A DNA stretch of 64,000 bases from Chiloscyllium plagiosum (taxonomy: Eukaryota), in the NCBI RefSeq assembly GCF_004010195.1, contig NC_057719.1, positions 70,045,893 to 70,109,892 of the forward strand, written 5' to 3'. The notes beneath the pieces are model-generated. The model searched no databases. It worked only from the letters and a program-made list of their open reading frames with translations, and was not told the origin of the DNA. Numbering within the stretch: position 1 is the first letter of the stretch; each line of letters begins with the position of its first letter. Positions 35,261 to 48,070 of this stretch are shown one piece after another. A program made the position numbers and the translations under genes.

Positions 35261-38196
35261 ACAAAGTACATAATTGTTACATTGGTGTTAAAAAGGATTA
35301 TTAAACCTTTGCTTCTATCATGTGCAAGACCAGAGACCTTTCCTGAACTAATTTTTTTTGTTAAAAATAGGAAGAATCATGAAATTATAATACATCAATC
35401 ATTTGGCCATAAACTGAACCAAGCCTTTTGAGACTCAAGTGGAATGAACTAAAATTACCATTTGTATCTAAAAACATTAAAACCAGGCAACTTATTCATA
35501 ATCAAAAAATTTTCATCTCCTGCTTAATTCATGCATGTTGTTCACATATTGGGAGATGAAGGGCTCCCTGCCATTTACCTGGGTTAGAATGACTATGGAA
35601 CTAGACTCCAGAATGCTCTCTGGCCTTTATTTCAATATTTTACATTTTTTGAGTAACATAGGAGAGGGAAGAACATAGATTTTGGAAGGCTTCCTCTCTC
35701 TTTTTGCTTGTTTCTGTCACCATCTTGGAAAAACAACTTGGGAAAACAACCATTCACTGAGACTCAAAAATATCTTCAGATCTTGCGACGACTGAAGAAA
35801 GGTCAATAATTAAACAACTGTGGCCTCAAATTTAAAATTTAACACTTCAAAAACTCGAAGTATTTCTAAAGGGTTTAGCCTTATTTCTCCTTATCTATAC
35901 CAAGCACTCATCCTATAAACTTTATCGCCTGTGTTTGATGTTGCATTTTTATGCTTTCTTTCTTGAGATTAGCATATAGTAATATTCTTTTCAATGAAGA
36001 CAACCTTGGCAATTGGCATTTTAGTGGAAGAGTGAGAACTGTATGCAAAAAAAGTGTTGAGTATAATAACAGGGGACTTGATTCTTCCTTCTCATAGCAA
36101 TAAAAATACCTATTATCCTATAGATAAATTGCAAAACAAAGAAATATCAGGATAGGGATTGGGCTATTAAGGAAAATGGAAGCTAGACTCTGAGATTATA
36201 ACAGCATGGTAGACTGTAACTTTGTTTTAGTATTTACCAGGGATGTTATCATGAAACTGGGAGAGATTAAAATAGATATGAGGACATTTAGTATAGAGAG
36301 TACATTTTAAAATTGCCAATCATACCGAACTTGGAGGTGAGGCAAATAACAAGTAAAACCTTCTTTGTGACTTATGTACATCATGTTCTGACTTACAATT
36401 GAGACAGATAATGGTATTTAGAAATACAGGAAAACCTGCACCACTTTAAAAGGTGAATGTGACTTCAACTCCACAGAAACAGGAATTGTTAAATAATTAA
36501 AAAACTAAGAGCCACACTTGGTCAACTTTCTGCTGAAAGCAATGTCAAATTCCATGGTCTGATTTCTCTGATCGAGATATTTGTATTTCCATTCAGTTTT
36601 GTGATAATGTGATGCCCAGCAGAAGTTTTAAAAACAATTATATGGACACGAGCATTTTGGCATTTTTTGTCAATCAGCACATGTTTGACTGGAAGCTGGA
36701 AATTTGCATCTGAAAAGTTGCTTTAAATCTCAATTGAAAATGAGGACCTGCTATAAAATAAAACTTCTGTTGTACAGCTTTGTAGCTCTTGATGGGTATG
36801 GATCAGATATTGTCTTACTGGCTTGAAAGCTGTTGGAAATCTGAATGACTGACTGCTTTGCCCCCCAAACAACTCTGCCAGACATAGCAATGTAAACTGC
36901 CATCTTTATGGTACATTGGTTGTGTGAAGGTAAGGCTTAAAAACTAAACTAAATTAGCCTCCAATGTGAGATCTCTTACATACTTGCAGGAATTGAGTTT
37001 ACACAAAATTTTGTTACAGACCAAATTAACACCTCAACTGGAGTCTGAAATGCAAATGATGGTTTGTGTATTTATTTGTGACCTATTCGGGAAAAAAAAG
37101 CCCTGTTTGTTATTGATTCTGTTCAAAGCTACAGCTGCAACTTGAACAAAAAGTATGTTCCCAATGAAAGGCATAAAAATGTAGCCTTGTAGCATATGTC
37201 CAACGTGCTTACTATTAGATTCTCTAGCAGTTACCTTCATAAACCTCGAACTAAGACTAAATCACAGACTCTTAGTTTTAAATAGATTTTCACATGCTGG
37301 ATGACCTTTGCAATCAAATTAAAGTGCTAAGATGAGTAAATTTAGGAAAAAATGGAGAAAATCCCTCAAAACTAAACAGCTGCAGATTTAATGAGATGTA
37401 CGGACGTAGAAGCAAATAAAATATACAATTTATCTTGAAACTCTATAAGGTTTTGTGTTAATCTTGACATAAAAAGGAAGCTGGAAAATCATAAACTTCC
37501 TGCACTGTGGCGAAGGTGAATGGCCATTATCACTCTGTTGACTGGATTGGCCATTATAATGTCATGGAAATTTCTACCCACCCCCTCAAACCCCGAGTTA
37601 CAAACTGGTGTATCACTTCACATAAAAATAACTCATGAGTTCTCCTTAGCAATTTATTCATTCCTGCAGAAATTAGTTATGATTATCAGTCAATTAAGAA
37701 TGTGTTACTTCAAACAAATGTAAGCATTTTTGACTGTGATAGATTATTTAGTTGATCATTTTTTGTTGGCCACAGAAGAGAGGAAGTTGGATTATAAGTG
37801 TGTGTAAATAGTTCCTTTGGGACAAAGGGTGTTTAGGCAAATGAATGATTGTAAAGAATGCAGGAGTTTTACCTTGTTTATCCATACAAGTATCCTAATT
37901 GTTGAATTAGTGTAACACCCGGCAGCCATAAAGAGTTAAATGTTATTTCTTAACAAATTATTAGTTCCCCAAGAATTGATCAAGACATTCAATTGAGGTG
38001 TTCAAGGTCTTAGACATCTTGGACATCATGTAATAGGTTTAACTGACAGTTACACATGAAATAAGAAAAGGAATTAGAATGAGAAATAGGGCTCTGATTA
38101 TTAGGAATTCATTTGATGGATTACACTTTAGTCAAGAGCATGTAATTTTAGGGTGTTCTTGCATGTTCTCAGCTCACCATTTAGTCTAAAGGCAGC

Positions 38197-38293
38197 AGCA
38201 ATGAAGAGTTGGTCAGAGATTTCTGTGGTCATGTACAACTTCAGTAGCAATGAAGAGTTGGTCAGAGATTTCTGTGGTCATGTACAACTTCAG
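38197..38293. repeat. Exact tandem duplication, 48 nt x 2 (period 49)
   Basis: AGCAATGAAGAGTTGGTCAGAGATTTCTGTGGTCATGTACAACTTCAG at 38197-38244 and 38246-38293. Confidence 0.97.
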
Positions 38294-38935
38294 GAGCCAT
38301 GGGTCAATGGCCAGTCCATTACTAAAAATTATTGTAGAAGAGGTATTTCTGCCCATTTTTGGCCTGGTGAATGGCAATGTTTGTGAATACATTAAATTTA
38401 CTAGCTGTTCTAAATTCTATTCATTTATCTGTTTTATATTCAATAACTATTTAATGTCTATATACATGTTTTGAATGTGATATCTGCTAGAATGAGGAAC
38501 TTCAATTATGTGGAGAGAGAGGCATTATGCTCCAGAACTAGCTGTGTTCCTAGCCAAACTGTTCCAGTACCATTGTACTATCTGGCACATCCTGTCTACA
38601 AAAAAGTAGGACAAATACACCCAGATAATAGCCACCCTCAGATTGCTCTCAATAATCAGAAAAGTGATGGAAAGTGCAATCAAGGATAACTTGTTCAGCA
38701 ATAACCTGCTCATATTTTCTCAGTGTGGAGTCGCTAGGGCTACTCAATTAATGACTTTGTTACAGTTGTTGTTCAAATATGGACAGCAGAACTGAACTCA
38801 AGAGGTGAGGTGAGAATGTCAAATGCTGCATCTGAAGCCAAGGGCTGTCAAAGAGTGGCATCCAAGAGCTCTAAAAAACTGAAGACAATAGGAATCAGGG
38901 GAAAATTCTCTACTTATTGTAGTTACATCTAGCAG

Positions 38936-39651
38936 TTCAAAGTTTGTGAGAAGATTCGTAGCCCGGGTGCTCGTTGTTGTGGTTCTGTTCGCCAAGCAAC
39001 GTGTCGTCCCCTGTCTAGGTGACATCCTCAGTGCTTGGGAGCCTCCTGTGAAGTGCTTCTGTGATCATCAACGCCATACTCACAGGAATCCGATTCACTA
39101 GAGAGGAAGAAAAGGACAACCAACTCCCATTCCTAGACGTGATGGTACAGAGAACACCTAACTGAGAATTCACCGCAAAGGTATACAGGAAAGCCACTCA
39201 CACAGACCAAGTCCTGAACTACGAAAGCAACCACCCCAACACACACAAAAGAAGTTGCATCAAGACACTGTTCAAAAGGGCCACAAAAACAGGAGGACAG
39301 CTAACGATCCGCATCCATGAACACCAACTAGCCACGAAACGACATGACCAGCTATCCTTAGTAGCCATACATGCAGATGGCAAGCAACATGAATTCAACT
39401 GGGACAACACTACTATTATAGGACAAGCCAAACAGAGAACAGCAAGGGAATTCCTAGAGGCATGGCACTCATCCACAGATTCAATCAATAAACACATCGA
39501 CCTGGACCCAATATACCGGCCACTGTAACGGACAGCTGGAACTGACAACCGGAAGCGGCAGATTCATGCCAGAGGAAAGGTCACAGAAGCGTTTCACAGG
39601 AGGCTCCCAAGCACAGAGGATGTCACCTAGACAGGGGACGAAACGTCTGCA
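38936..39651 (+). mobile_element. Penelope-like element (Poseidon-type), internally deleted, with 5' inverted pLTR and TSD
   Basis: IRFTREEEKDNQLPFLDVMV..VYRKATHTDQVLNYESNHPNTHKRSCIKTLFKRA (RT), joined to RIHEHQLA..HEFNWDNTTIIG..REFLEAWH (GIY-YIG C-terminal half); TSD TTACA(T/C)CTAGCAG at 38923-38935 and 39652-39664. Confidence 0.9.
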
Positions 39652-39709
39652 TTACACCTAGCAGGAAGGAAAATGGTCATGTTGTTGGACGTCAATGAGC
39701 ACAGTTATG

Positions 39710-40915
39710 AGATAACTGTCAGAGAAAATGTTCAAAGATAATTAAAGAATTTATATCAGGATACCTAAATAAAAGTTCAGGTCATCAGGCAAAAGCAACA
39801 TGGTTTTGTGAAAGCAAAGTCATGTTTGAACAATCTGTCCAAGTTCTTCGTGAAGCAACTTATACTTGGGTGAAGGGGAATTTGTATCTATGGGGTCACA
39901 CAATGGCATGGATAGAAGATTAGGTAATAAGAAGTAGACAGTTGGCATAAATGGATCTTTTTCCAGCTAACAAGAGTACCAGACGGTGTGCCACAGGGAT
40001 TAGTGCTGGGATCTCAATTATTTATCATTTTCACAAATGGCTTTGATGAGGGGATGGGGTGTGTGGTTGCTAAATTGGCTGACAGCAAAAAGATGGCTCG
40101 GAAAATAAATTGTGAAAAGCACATGGGGGCGACAAAAAATTAAAGACAGGTTAAGTGATTAAGGAGTTGTGCAAAATGAAGTATGGGAAAAGGTAAAATT
40201 GTCCATTTTAGTAGGAAGAATAAAAAAAGAATCACGTTGCAGAGATTGCAGTGCTCTGAAACACAAAGAAATCAGGAGGCCCTCATGCACAAATCTCAGA
40301 GGGTTAATACGCAGACACAGCAAGTAATTAGGAAAAGTAATAGAATGTTATCTCCTATCGCAATGAGAAATTAATACCAACATAGGAGGTTTTGCTTCAG
40401 TTATGAGACTGTATCTGGGGTATTGAGCATAGTATTGATCACATTTTAAATTAAAGATGTAATGGTTTTAGAGGCAGTTCAGAAAAGGTTTATCATACTC
40501 ACACCGAGAATGAGAGTGTTTTCACATGAAGCAATGTTGGACAGGCTAGCTTGTATTTGCTGGAGTTTAGAAGAGTAAACAGTGACTTGTTTGAAACATG
40601 CCAGATGCTGAGGAGTTTTCACAGGGTAAATGTGGAGGGGTGTTTCATTTTATGGGAGAATCTAGAACTAGGGATTCACAATTTAAAAATCAGGGGTCAT
40701 CCATTTAAAACCAAGACTTTCCTTTTGAAGCATCATGAATCTTTGAAACTGTATTCTTGAAATGGTGGTTGAAACAGAATCCTTGACTGCATTTAGTAGA
40801 CAGTATTCCTGTTAAGCATGGGGGTTAAAGGTTATCAGGATGAGGTAGGAATACAGATTTGAGGTCACAATCACAGCAGCCATGATCATATTGAATATCA
40901 AAGCAGGCCAAAGGC
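39710..40915 (+). mobile_element. Old CR1 LINE RT through 3' end
   Basis: QHGFVKAKSCLNNL, GVPQGLVLG, KLADSKK, LEAVQKRF and LLEFRRV, followed by a CR1 tail. Confidence 0.8.
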
Positions 40916-41035
40916 GCTTCATAACTTCCACTCCAGGTGTTGCTCCAGGTTAGTGTCCTAGGCCCAAACTTCTCATTACATCATTATTGACCTTTCCTCC
41001 ACTGTAAGGTCCAAATCGGAAATGTAACTTAAAAA

Positions 41036-41349
41036 GGGCGGCATGATGGCTCACTGCACCAGGGACCTTGGTTTGATTCCAGCCTCAGGGGACTGTGTGG
41101 AGTTTGCACATTCTTCTCATATCTGCATGGGTTTCCTCTGGGTGCTCCGGTTTCCTCCCATAATCCAAAGATGTTCAGGTTAGGTGAACTGGCCATGCTG
41201 TTCAGGGATGTGTAGGTTAGGTGCATTAGTTAGGGGAAATGTAGAGCAATAGGTTAGGAGAATGGGTCTGGGTGGGTTACTCTTCAGAGGGTTGCTGTGA
41301 CCGTGTTGGGCCAAATGGCCTCTTTCCACAATGTAGGGATTCTATGATT
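41036..41349 (+). mobile_element. HE1-type SINE
   Basis: GGGCGGCATGATGGCTCA head, HE1 core and GTAGGGATTCTATGA tail. Confidence 0.9.
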
Positions 41350-41399
41350 TCAAATTTGGATACAGGTCAGGGATAGGACATTGTGACAACAACTGAGGC

Positions 41400-42740
41400 A
41401 GGTCGAAGGATCCTGAACGTAGCAATGGAAGAGCCTCAGATATGAGGTGCTGGATTCCTGTGTGGATGAAGAAAGAATCTGCACGGGGTTCACGAAGCCA
41501 TCCAACAGGGGAGAGCACAAAGAAAAGTCGTAGTGGTAAATGATTTAATTATGGGGGGGGGGGAACCGATAGCATTCTTTGTGAGCAGGATATGGAATCT
41601 GGCATGGTGTGTTATCTGCCTGATGCCAAGGTAAAGGACATCTCAAGTCGGCTTGAAAGGATATTGGAGAGGAAGGGGACGATCCAATTATTGTGCTCCA
41701 TTTTGACACCAAAAACATGGATGGAATTAGGAACAAAATTAAAATGGGAGCTCTACATTAATAATAATCTTTGGATTATTACCTAAACCATGTGCAAGTT
41801 GGCAAAGAGATAAGAAGATTAGGAAATTAAATATGTGGCTAAAGGAAAGTATGGGAAACAGGGGTTCTATTTTGTGGGGCACTGACATCAGTACTGGGAC
41901 AGGCAGGATCTGTACCATCAAGACAGTACACTGGATCAGATCTGGGACTAGGATCCTAGGGAAAGGGTGAAATAGATGGAGATGGGGGAGCAGGGGGCTT
42001 GTTAGTTGGAAGTTAAATTAAATTGATAGAAAGAAAGTATGTGGGTAGAGTTGAATAACCGCAAAGGCAAAAAAAGACCCTGATGGGAGTTGTATATATC
42101 CTGGCAACAGTCAGGATGTGGGGTAGAAAATAAATCAGGAGATAGTTTCAGTCTGTAAGGAAGACATTATCACGGGGGACTTCAATACGCAGGCGGACTA
42201 GGAAAATCAGGTTGGCAGCAGTCCTCAAGAAAAGGAATTCATGGAACGTCTATGCAATTATTTTGTGGAACAGTCTGTGGTTGAGGGGGAGTGGCTGAAC
42301 TCAGATGTTAACAGTATTACAATTGAGTAAAGTTAACTACAAAGACATGAGGGAGGAGCTGGCCAGAGTTGTTTGAAAGGGGAGCTTGGCAGGGAAGATA
42401 GTAGAGCAGCAATGGCAGGAGTTTCTGGGTATTATTTGAGAGACACAACAGAAATATATCCCAAGGAAGAAGAAACATACTATTGGGACAATCATGGCTG
42501 ACAAGGGAAGTTGGGACAGCATAAAAGCAAAAGAAAAAAGCACACAATGTCGTGAAGATCAGTTGGAAGCCACAGGATTGGGAAGCCTTTACAAACCAGC
42601 AGTGAACAACTAAAAATCCATAAGCAGGGGAAAGATAAAATATGAGGTTAAGCCAAAAAATAATATAAAATATAATTAAAACGTTTTTTGGATATATAAG
42701 AGGAAAGGGAGAGTGAAGAGTAGACATTGGACTGCTAAAG
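41400..42740 (+). mobile_element. CR1 LINE fragment: ORF1 esterase plus endonuclease
   Basis: GMVCYLPDAKVKDISSRLERILE, VWVELNNRKG, ITGDFN and QQKYIP motifs. Confidence 0.8.
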
Positions 42741-43157
42741 TAGTGTTTTTGAAGGAGCCTTGGTGATTTGTTCCAGCTCACAGGAACTTTCAGACTGACT
42801 TACAGAAATGGTCAGTCCATAAACTATCCACAACAGAATTCAGAAGTAACGTGGAATTGGAATTTCAAACATGCCCATCTCAATAGTTTTTTTATTATGT
42901 TTGATTTTATATTTGAAATACAAACTTTTCTGAGATTTTCACCCCAAATGAATTGTAGCATTAATATGCATAAAGGACTCAAGAGCAAAGCACTTAAACC
43001 TCATTGAAAGCAAAATGAGAGCTTTCACAGGAGATAAGAAAGACCATTATATTTAATGTTTGCATTACTACCATGCGAGCCCTACACAAAAAGTTTCAAG
43101 TTTCATAAAATTTACAAGAGCTGTTATTTGGCAAATCATTGTTAGCCTCTTTCTATT

Positions 43158-43763
43158 AGGCGAAAGTGAGGACTGCAGATGCTTGAAATCAGAGTCAAAA
43201 AGTGTAGCGTTGGAAAAGCACAGCAGTCAGGCAGCATCCAAGGAGCAGGAGAAGGAAGATGGACAGGTAGGACAGTTCAAGAGGGCGGTGCCGAGCTGGA
43301 TAGTTGGATCTGGGATAAGGTGAGGGGAGAGGGGAGATGAGGAAACTGGTGAAATCGACATTGATCCCATGTGGCTGGAGGGTCCTAAGGTGGAAGATGA
43401 GGTGTTCTTCCTCCAGTTATCGGGCCTCATCACCCCTCCACCCACTTTATTCCGGATCCAACCCTCCAACATGACACCATCCTCTTGAACTGTTCTACTT
43501 GTCCATCTTCCTTCTCACCTATCCGCTCCACCCACCACTCCGACCCATCACCATCAGCTCCCCACCTTCATCCACCTATCGCATTCCTAACTACTTTCCT
43601 CCCAGCCCCACCCCCTCCCATCCCATTTACCTCTCAGCACCCTTGGGGACACCCCTACGCCACAACATTCCTAATGAAGAGCTTAGGCTCAAAACATCGA
43701 CTCTCCTGCTCCTCGGATGTTGCCTGACTAGCTGTGTTTTTCCAGCGATGCACTTTTTGACTC
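43158..43763. mobile_element. Penelope-like element (Neptune-type), pair of inverted pLTR fragments
   Basis: Same family as 2725-3535; 43160-43420 (-) and 43430-43760 (+) are mutually inverted; decayed hammerhead motif at 43667-43700. Confidence 0.8.
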
Positions 43764-44759
43764 ATGCCTATGCACTTGCATACCCTACATCTGCGCTCTG
43801 CAGTGTCATTGAGGAATAATCTTAAAACCAACAAAATGCTATGCAAAAATAACCTTAATACACAAGTGTCAATTCAGTTTTGTACCTTGCTGCAATGTCA
43901 GGTTTTAGCCATCAGGCAAGTCCTTAACTTAGTCTTCAATCTTTGCCTTTTATAATCTTCATTTCGGTTCTGTTTATGTCAGATGACAGGACTGGTTTAA
44001 TTCTGGTTTAAAAGAATTTGTTGTTTGCAGTTTACACCAGTCCTATCTGGTGGAGGAGGGTCTATTCTGCTCTGTTCTGCAGTGCTCAGTTTGAATTGGA
44101 GATTATTATTACGTCTACCTTATGTACACGGTAAACAATTTTGGCATATCCTGTGGTCAGGAAATGGAGCTGCATAAATCAAATTTTCTTCTTTCTGCCA
44201 AGTAGTTATATTGTATTTAAGGTTGTGAGGGATAGACTGTCAATATTCTGCACTTGTGCAACAATGCTTGTGATTAGTTCAGAACTTTGGTACAACATAG
44301 TTTGTTTACACTATGTCTTATTATGTAGTCCTGGTTATATTGATCCTCGCTGACAGCATCTGTGTAGAGTTAGCTGTAAGAAATGTTTAATACAGTACTG
44401 GATCACAAGCAGCTTCACAACTGGAAAGAAGGAATGAAGGATGGACTTAATAGATCTTTTAAATTTTGATGCGATTTGATACTGTGGACAGAGAACCAAT
44501 ATGAGACTATAACAAGGGAGTATAAGTTTAAGGTATGTATGAACAAACCAATTAAAGAAATTAGCAAGAATTTCCTTAGAGTAGTTACAATGTGAACTAG
44601 TTACATGAAGTGTTTTATTCTACATATTTTGCAGAAAAAAAGAGATGTGGTGACAATAAGGTGTAGGAACAGAATTAGGCCATTTGGCCCATCAATGGCT
44701 GATCCAATATTTCTCAACATCACTTTCCCGCCTTTTCCACATGATTAAAAATCTGTATA

Positions 44760-45147
44760 GGGTGTAGGTTTGCTCGCTGAGCTGTAGGTTTGATATCCAG
44801 ATATTTCATTACCTGGCTAGGTAACATCATCAGTGGCAACCTTCAAATGAAGCGAAGCTGTTGTCTCCTGCTTTCTATTTATATCTTTCTCCTGGATGGG
44901 GTTCCTGGGGTTTGTGGTGATGTCATTTCCTGTTTGTTTTCAAAATGATGATGGATAGCATCTAGATCTATGCGTTTGTTTGTGGCGTTGTGGTTGGAGT
45001 GCCAGGCCTATACGAATTCTCTGGCGTGTCTTTGCTTAGCCTGTCCCAGGATAGATGTGTTGTCCCAGTCGAAATGGTGGTTTGTTTCATCCGTGTGTAG
45101 GGCTACGAGGGAGAGAGGGTCGTGTCTTTTTATGGCTAGCTGGTGGT
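44760..45147 (-). mobile_element. Penelope-like element 3' fragment (Poseidon-type) with pLTR
   Basis: Homologous to 60060-60450 (HQLA..RHDPLS..HHFDWDNTSILGQAKQRHAREF); hammerhead motif at 44797-44836. Confidence 0.85.
44797..44836 (-). ncRNA. Minimal type I hammerhead ribozyme motif (PLE-associated), core intact
   Basis: CCA-CUGAUGA-U-GUUACCU-AGCC-AGGUAAU-GAAA-UA-UC-UGG: stem I CCA/UGG, 7-bp stem II and all core bases present; activity untested. Confidence 0.7.
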
Positions 45148-47639
45148 CACCCTGTCACAACTGGGTGACCACTTATTCTTAGATTATATCCTCTGGTCAT
45201 AGATTCTTCCACAAGCAGGAACAACCTTTCCACATCTACGTTGACAAGCCCACTAAGAATCTTGTATGTTTCAACAGGTTGCCTTTAATTCGTTTAAACA
45301 CCAATGAATACAGCTCCATCCTACTCAATCTCTCCTCATAAGAAAACCCCACTATATCTGGAATCAACTTAGGGAACTTCTCTGAACAGCCTTCAATGTC
45401 ACTATATCTTCCTTCAGAAATGAGCACCAAAACTGTTCACAATATTATTGTGTGATCAAATTTGCATAGTTTTGGGAAGTCCTCCCATTTTTGTAATCTA
45501 ATAAATTTGAAACAAAGGGTAACATTCAATTTGCCATGTCTATTACCTGCTGAACCTATGTGCTATCTTCTTGTGATTTATACACGTGGGGTTCCCAAAT
45601 GCTTGTGCTGCTGATTGAATCTGTCAAAGATTTTTAACACCATAGAGTAGGAGGTTAGAAAACTTTGAAGTACTTGAAAATAACTCCACATTCCCAAAGT
45701 GCTTCTTGTACTTCTGAAGAGGATGAGAAAGCAAAAGTACAGATATGTGGGACATGTTGTGAAGGAGAGTTAAGTGATGATTAAAATAGGATTTTGACCA
45801 TTTAGCCAGAGTAAGTAACACTTTCAGTGTCAACATTGAAAGAGATATACTCTTCACAGCTGTCCTAATCCATGACAGTTTGACCATCTGTTTAGTTATT
45901 CCTGGAATTGTTTGAAATTCAGTGTTTTTATATCAGTTATGTACAAAGGCTTATTCACTTATCATGGCTGGATTCTAACTTTCATAAATTCCAGCCATCA
46001 TTTTTAGATATCAAAAAGGGGATCACTCTCATGCTGCAAACACAAACTGGATATACCGCCTATTCCTGGATAAATGTTTGCATGCCAAAAGTAATAGATA
46101 GCTTGGGTCCTTTAGCTCATAGACACAGTTAGTGTTGCACATTGCATGCAGCTAGATTTGTGTTGACAGCAGGCCATGACCCAGAAAAGACTAGGCACTC
46201 ATATGAACAGCATGCCCCTTGACCTAAACATTCAACAGCTGATATGTACCCTTGTACAAGTGAAATGTGTATGTTGAGTATAAAACTACTTTAGAGTATA
46301 TAACCAGGAGGAAATCATTCAGAACTTTATAAATGCTAAGAACTGGAAATTTTCTCTTAAACTGAAGAGACAAAAGTAGTTTGGTCTAATTTATGAAAAT
46401 CTATTTGTGATATCTAATAGGAAATCATATCACGATCTAATCCCAGCATATCTGCAAACTTATTTTGATGTGGTACAACTAAAGACTTTCTAAAAACAAA
46501 TGCACTCCTTGTCAAATCTATTCAACAAAGAAAAACTAAGGGCCAAAGAAAAGTCTAATCGCTACAATGTTCTTATTCCAATTTAGGAGTCAACATCTAG
46601 TTGACAAAAGGCAATCCATATAAAACAGCTTAGCTCTCGGAAAATTACACAGTGAAAATTCCAATCAGCAGCAACAAATCTGATTAATAAATTAAACAAA
46701 ATTAATTTCTGTAAACATATCTTAACATAAAAAACTCCAATACTAAGAAGGGATGGTTTATGCCAACAAAAGATCCAAAATGAAACCATACCACGTACAA
46801 TTATCTACGAAGATCAAATAATCTTCGCTGCTACCTTTCTATTGGATTGGCAATGAGCAAAATAAATTGAGTTAATAAAAGGAGCAGTAGATGGTAATAT
46901 CTCAGGTTTCGTTTCAACACCAACAGGGTTCATATTTTATTTAGTTTCACATTCACAACAAAATTCAGGAATATAAACAACATCCTGAGAGGCAGTTTGT
47001 TTGTTACACTTTCCGTGATGCGATAATCGACAGTACCAAATGGCAGTTCCTGAACCTGCTTCACTAATTGTTAAAACATCTGTGATGTCAGCTCGCTCAG
47101 CAGGCATCTCATTCTTCAAAACGATTCCTGCACTTTGTGTATTTCAGCACCATCAGAAAATCCTTTTTTCTTTGCAGTGGGACTATCTTGGAAAATTTGC
47201 ATAAAGCTGTAAAAATATTGGACCCATTCATTTGTGAAGGGGCCAAAAATCCCATCAGTACTTTGCATCATGCAGTCATTTACAACAGAAGGAGACCATT
47301 CAGTCCATGACGACTATGCCAGCTCTTGATGGACCAATCCAGTCAGTCCCATTACTCTTTTCAATCCCTGTAGCCTGCTTGATCTTGTCACGAATCTTGT
47401 CACTTGATGGGCCATTTGGTAGGAAGAGTAATCTAAAGAATCACACCTAGTCACATCATTTTTTGCCTTTTGTGTCCAGGAACTCCCTTGCCTCTTTTTG
47501 AATCCAGTCTTCTTTGAACCCATGAGGTCACTCAGGCTTTCAAAAGTGCTGAACTCTGTGCTTACAATTTGAGAAGCATTGTCTGAATCTTTGTTTTTGT
47601 GTTTTTCTAACAGTCTATTACCCTGCTGAACTTGTGATT

Positions 47640-48070
47640 CATGCACAAGGACATGAAAATGCCTCTGTGCTGCAGTTTTCTGCAGTCTTTCTCCATTTAA
47701 ATAATATTAATTTCCACTATTATTCTTGGAATATGCACAATCTCACAGTTTCATACATTATATTTCATCTGTCAAGTTTTTCCCACTCACTTAACCTGTT
47801 AAGTTAATCTGTAGACTGTGTGTCTTCCTCACCACATGCCTTCCAACCTGTTTTAATCACAAACATGGTGATAGTAGATTCATTAGCGTTATGAGAGATA
47901 TTAATATATATTGTAAATAACTGTGGCCCCAGGACTATTCCTGTGGTACTTGACCAGTAATAAGTTGCCATCCTGAAAATGCTCCCTTTATATCAAAGCT
48001 CTGCCTCTGTGCATTAACCAATCCTTTATCTATGCCACTGTATCATCACAATGGACCTTTACCTTAAGCA
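47640..48070 (-). mobile_element. Old CR1 RT fragment
   Basis: Minus-strand VPQE*SWG, IYINI, NLTDEI*CMK pattern of a decayed CR1 RT. Confidence 0.5.

Larger units (their letters stand above)
38527..41025 (+). mobile_element. 'AFDRVWH'-type LINE RT split into three pieces (38527-38934, 39652-39695, about 40920-41025) by later insertions
   Basis: Collinear RT motifs APELAVFLAKLFQY..LLSIIRKVME..WTAELNSRGEVR / YLAGRKMV / SVLGP..DLSSTVRS. Confidence 0.7.
44655..45600 (-). mobile_element. CR1 LINE 3' part interrupted by a PLE
   Basis: GFSYEERLSRMELYSLVFKRIKGNL (ORF 45236-45430); CR1 tail at 44655-44756. Confidence 0.75.

Noticed and set aside
38197..38293. CRISPR-like direct repeat
   Set aside because: Only two adjacent units with no spacer, in a vertebrate context without cas genes.
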